Positions 34,418 through 36,066 of a stretch of 36,066 nucleotides of DNA are shown here, piece by piece. A model generated the notes under the pieces. The model had not been told where the DNA came from and searched no databases. It was given only the letters and a program-made list of their open reading frames with translations. The stretch is from Thermoactinomycetaceae bacterium. GTDB lineage: Bacteria > Bacillota > Bacilli > Thermoactinomycetales > Thermoactinomycetaceae. Positions within the stretch are counted from its first letter, which is position 1, and each line of letters starts with the position of its first letter. The stretch spans positions 1 to 36,066 of the forward strand of contig JANWJM010000018.1 in assembly GCA_025449475.1 (NCBI GenBank). The letters are read 5' to 3'. The position numbers were made by a program, and so were the translations under genes.

Positions 34418-34446
34418 ATTATGCTGAAAATCATTCACAACGTCAA
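34418..34446 (-). promoter_or_regulatory. sigma-A promoter of sodA (TTGACG, 17 nt, CATAAT)
   Basis: TTGACG at 34446-34441 and CATAAT at 34423-34418, with an exact 17-nt spacer. Confidence 0.6.
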
Positions 34447-34465
34447 ATTCAATCCATAACGACAA

Positions 34466-35602
34466 CTAGGAAAACAAGGAAATAAGCTGTGTCACATCAT
34501 CAAGAATATAATCTGCACCCAATTCCTCAAATTTCCCTCTTGCTTCTTTTCCAGTCAACCCCGTCAATGTAGCCGCAAACCGACAACCCAACTTCTTGGC
34601 CGCTAGATAGTCAGCTACAGAATCCCCCACGATCAGAATTTGCTCCGAATTTTTAAGAGGCAAGGAGGTTGAGAGTAATGTTTCATCCGATGTTTCTCTT
34701 CCGAAATATGCTTTTAAATATGTATAAGGATGCGGTTTACCAAGCGGAGCCTGGTCTGGGAATGCTTCTTCTGCTTGAATCACATCTGAAGAACTCACAA
34801 TATGATTGGGATGAAAGGCAGAATATAGCCCAAGGGCTGTAAGAGGAACTTCTGTCTCCAAATGAGGTCTCCCTGTTCCAATCCCTAATATGATTCCCTG
34901 CCGATGTAACTGATCCAAAACACGACGAATCACCTTAGGATCTACAAGCGGAATCTCTTGTTCGAGAAAACCTTGTTTTCCCCGATTACGTGCCAAGCTC
35001 GCTTCAACTTGTTCATAGCGTTTCGTCCCCAAATACCACTCTTGAAACACAGAGCGACCCAGTTCCCATAAATCACTGTTGCGCGAAAATAGCTGAATCG
35101 AGATTCCAAACCATTTCTCAGCCAACTGATTAAAATAGGTAAGCAATTCATGCTTCTCAAGTTCTTCCCCTTCAAACAGAGAAATAAACTGATCGTACTG
35201 CGGGGTAAAGGATTCCTCTATTTGTTTCAACCAAGTTCCCAGCTCTTGCAGCACATCTTCGGTAATTGGACGATTCAATATCTCCAGAACCCGTTTTCGA
35301 TCATAACGATACAACTTTTTAAGTATCAAAAATAATTGCGCGCCGAATGCCAGATACACCATATCCCAATTGGCATTAATCCCCTTTGTTTTCATCCAGT
35401 CCAATACTCGATTATCCTGAAAAACAGCTTGGCGTATCTGCCGAATCTGATCTTCAGAAGGAGAATCGGTAAAAGGAGCAGTGTTGATCCCCAAAAAATG
35501 AGGAGCGTGCAAGAGCTCCCATACTGAGAGCGCAGAAGCATCAAAACAACGCTCTTCGCTCAAAAAAACACCATCTACATCAAATAAAATATGTGTCGTC
35601 AT
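34466..35602 (-). CDS. HAD-superfamily hydrolase with a large cap insertion
   Basis: Motif I FDVDGV, motif III GKP and motif IV VGDSVAD. About 200 aa of helical cap lies between motifs I and II. SD GGAGAG. Confidence 0.87.
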   Translation of the reverse strand: MTTHILFDVDGVFLSEERCFDASALSVWELLHAPHFLGINTAPFTDSPSEDQIRQIRQAVFQDNRVLDWMKTKGINANWDMVYLAFGAQLFLILKKLYRYDRKRVLEILNRPITEDVLQELGTWLKQIEESFTPQYDQFISLFEGEELEKHELLTYFNQLAEKWFGISIQLFSRNSDLWELGRSVFQEWYLGTKRYEQVEASLARNRGKQGFLEQEIPLVDPKVIRRVLDQLHRQGIILGIGTGRPHLETEVPLTALGLYSAFHPNHIVSSSDVIQAEEAFPDQAPLGKPHPYTYLKAYFGRETSDETLLSTSLPLKNSEQILIVGDSVADYLAAKKLGCRFAATLTGLTGKEARGKFEELGADYILDDVTQLISLFS

Positions 35603-35773
35603 TTTGATAATCTCTCCATTACAAATGATCTTCTTTCTATGTGCTCATTGTATTAAAGCTCACATGTTGTTGCAAGGAAATAAAAAAATGTAAGGAACTT
35701 ACAAGAAAAGAAAGTTTTTGGTCGTATTATCTATATAAAGGGTAAAATTTTGTCGTATTTAAGGAGAGGAGAA

Positions 35774-36066
35774 ATGATGTTAAAGATTGCTGCAAAGTTC
35801 AGCGCACTATGGGCGATGATCTGTGGAGCTTTTCTTTTTTTACTTCCTCCATCTGGTCATGCTGCAGCCAACGACTATAAAATTGAGATCAATAAAAAGA
35901 CCAATTATCTATATTTATACAATCATGGAAAAGTCGTAAAAACCTATCGGGTTGCTACCGGGAGAACTTCTCAGTTAACGCCTACAGGCACTTTTGTGAT
36001 CGGTGTAAAAATCATCCAACCTGGATGGAAAAACATTCCTGGAGGGCATCCGAATAATCCTTTAGG
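35774..36066 (+). CDS. L,D-transpeptidase (YkuD-domain) protein, 5' part only (runs off the window)
   Basis: Not in the ORF track because no stop is reached. SD AAGGAGAGGAG. Signal peptide MMLKIAAKFSALWAMICGAFLFLLPPSGHAAA, then YLYLYNHGKVVKTYRVATGRTSQLTPTGTF...GGHPNNPLG. Confidence 0.85.
   Translation, partial: MMLKIAAKFSALWAMICGAFLFLLPPSGHAAANDYKIEINKKTNYLYLYNHGKVVKTYRVATGRTSQLTPTGTFVIGVKIIQPGWKNIPGGHPNNPL

Noticed and set aside
35689-35703. TGTAAG-gaa-CTTACA palindrome between the HAD hydrolase and ldt genes, considered as a WalR-like site or a terminator
   Set aside because: The 6-bp arms are too short. The second half is inverted and not a direct repeat, so it is not TGTWAH-N5-TGTWAH. 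There is no U-tract.
1-36066. Search for CRISPR arrays, tRNA/rRNA genes, transposases, integrases, phage genes, toxin-antitoxin pairs or recognisable defence genes
   Set aside because: I found none by eye. There are no regularly spaced repeats, no tRNA-like GGTTCGAATCC arms, no DDE, tyrosine or serine recombinase motifs, and gene content is housekeeping or sporulation-related throughout. A computational scan with tRNAscan, Infernal or a defence-system finder would be needed to make this negative result firm.

Overview
This window is a core-chromosome segment of a low-GC, endospore-forming Firmicute (Bacillales-like). I saw no rRNA, tRNA, CRISPR array, transposase, integrase or phage gene. About 40 genes can be supported.

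The left third is a remodelled version of the conserved Bacillus rpsD-acsA-ccpA-ytxJ block. It starts with rpsD and its long leader, followed by two tandem class-A PBP paralogues where tyrS would be expected. Next come acsA and ccpA, then a 526-aa SseB-like multi-domain protein where aroA would be expected, and then ytxJ.

The middle holds these genes:
- a type-II-IDH-like dehydrogenase plus CrtI-like flavoenzyme operon
- a YerD-like FMN enzyme
- a sporulation-flavoured cluster: a SpoVIF-like small protein, two tandem tiny TM genes missed by the ORF track, and two tandem RsfA/GerR-type regulators
- DUF309
- a kinase-like / CoA-binding / TPR operon
- leuCD
- bioY with a BirA-type operator
- a PDZ-less HtrA-like protease
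- cysH-sat
- cwlJ-gerQ

The right third holds a Y-family polymerase plus YolD-like operon behind a perfect 20-bp-arm palindrome that carries two LexA-like half-degenerate boxes. It also holds hom behind a clear SAM-I (S-box) riboswitch, a catalytically degenerate FAH-fold protein next to a UgtP-like glycosyltransferase, sodA, a large-cap HAD hydrolase and a truncated L,D-transpeptidase gene.

I found no obvious defence island or mobile element. The candidates worth follow-up are small or uncharacterised modules and cis-elements, not one large novel system. All functional calls come from motif and fold recognition by eye, and no database search was run.
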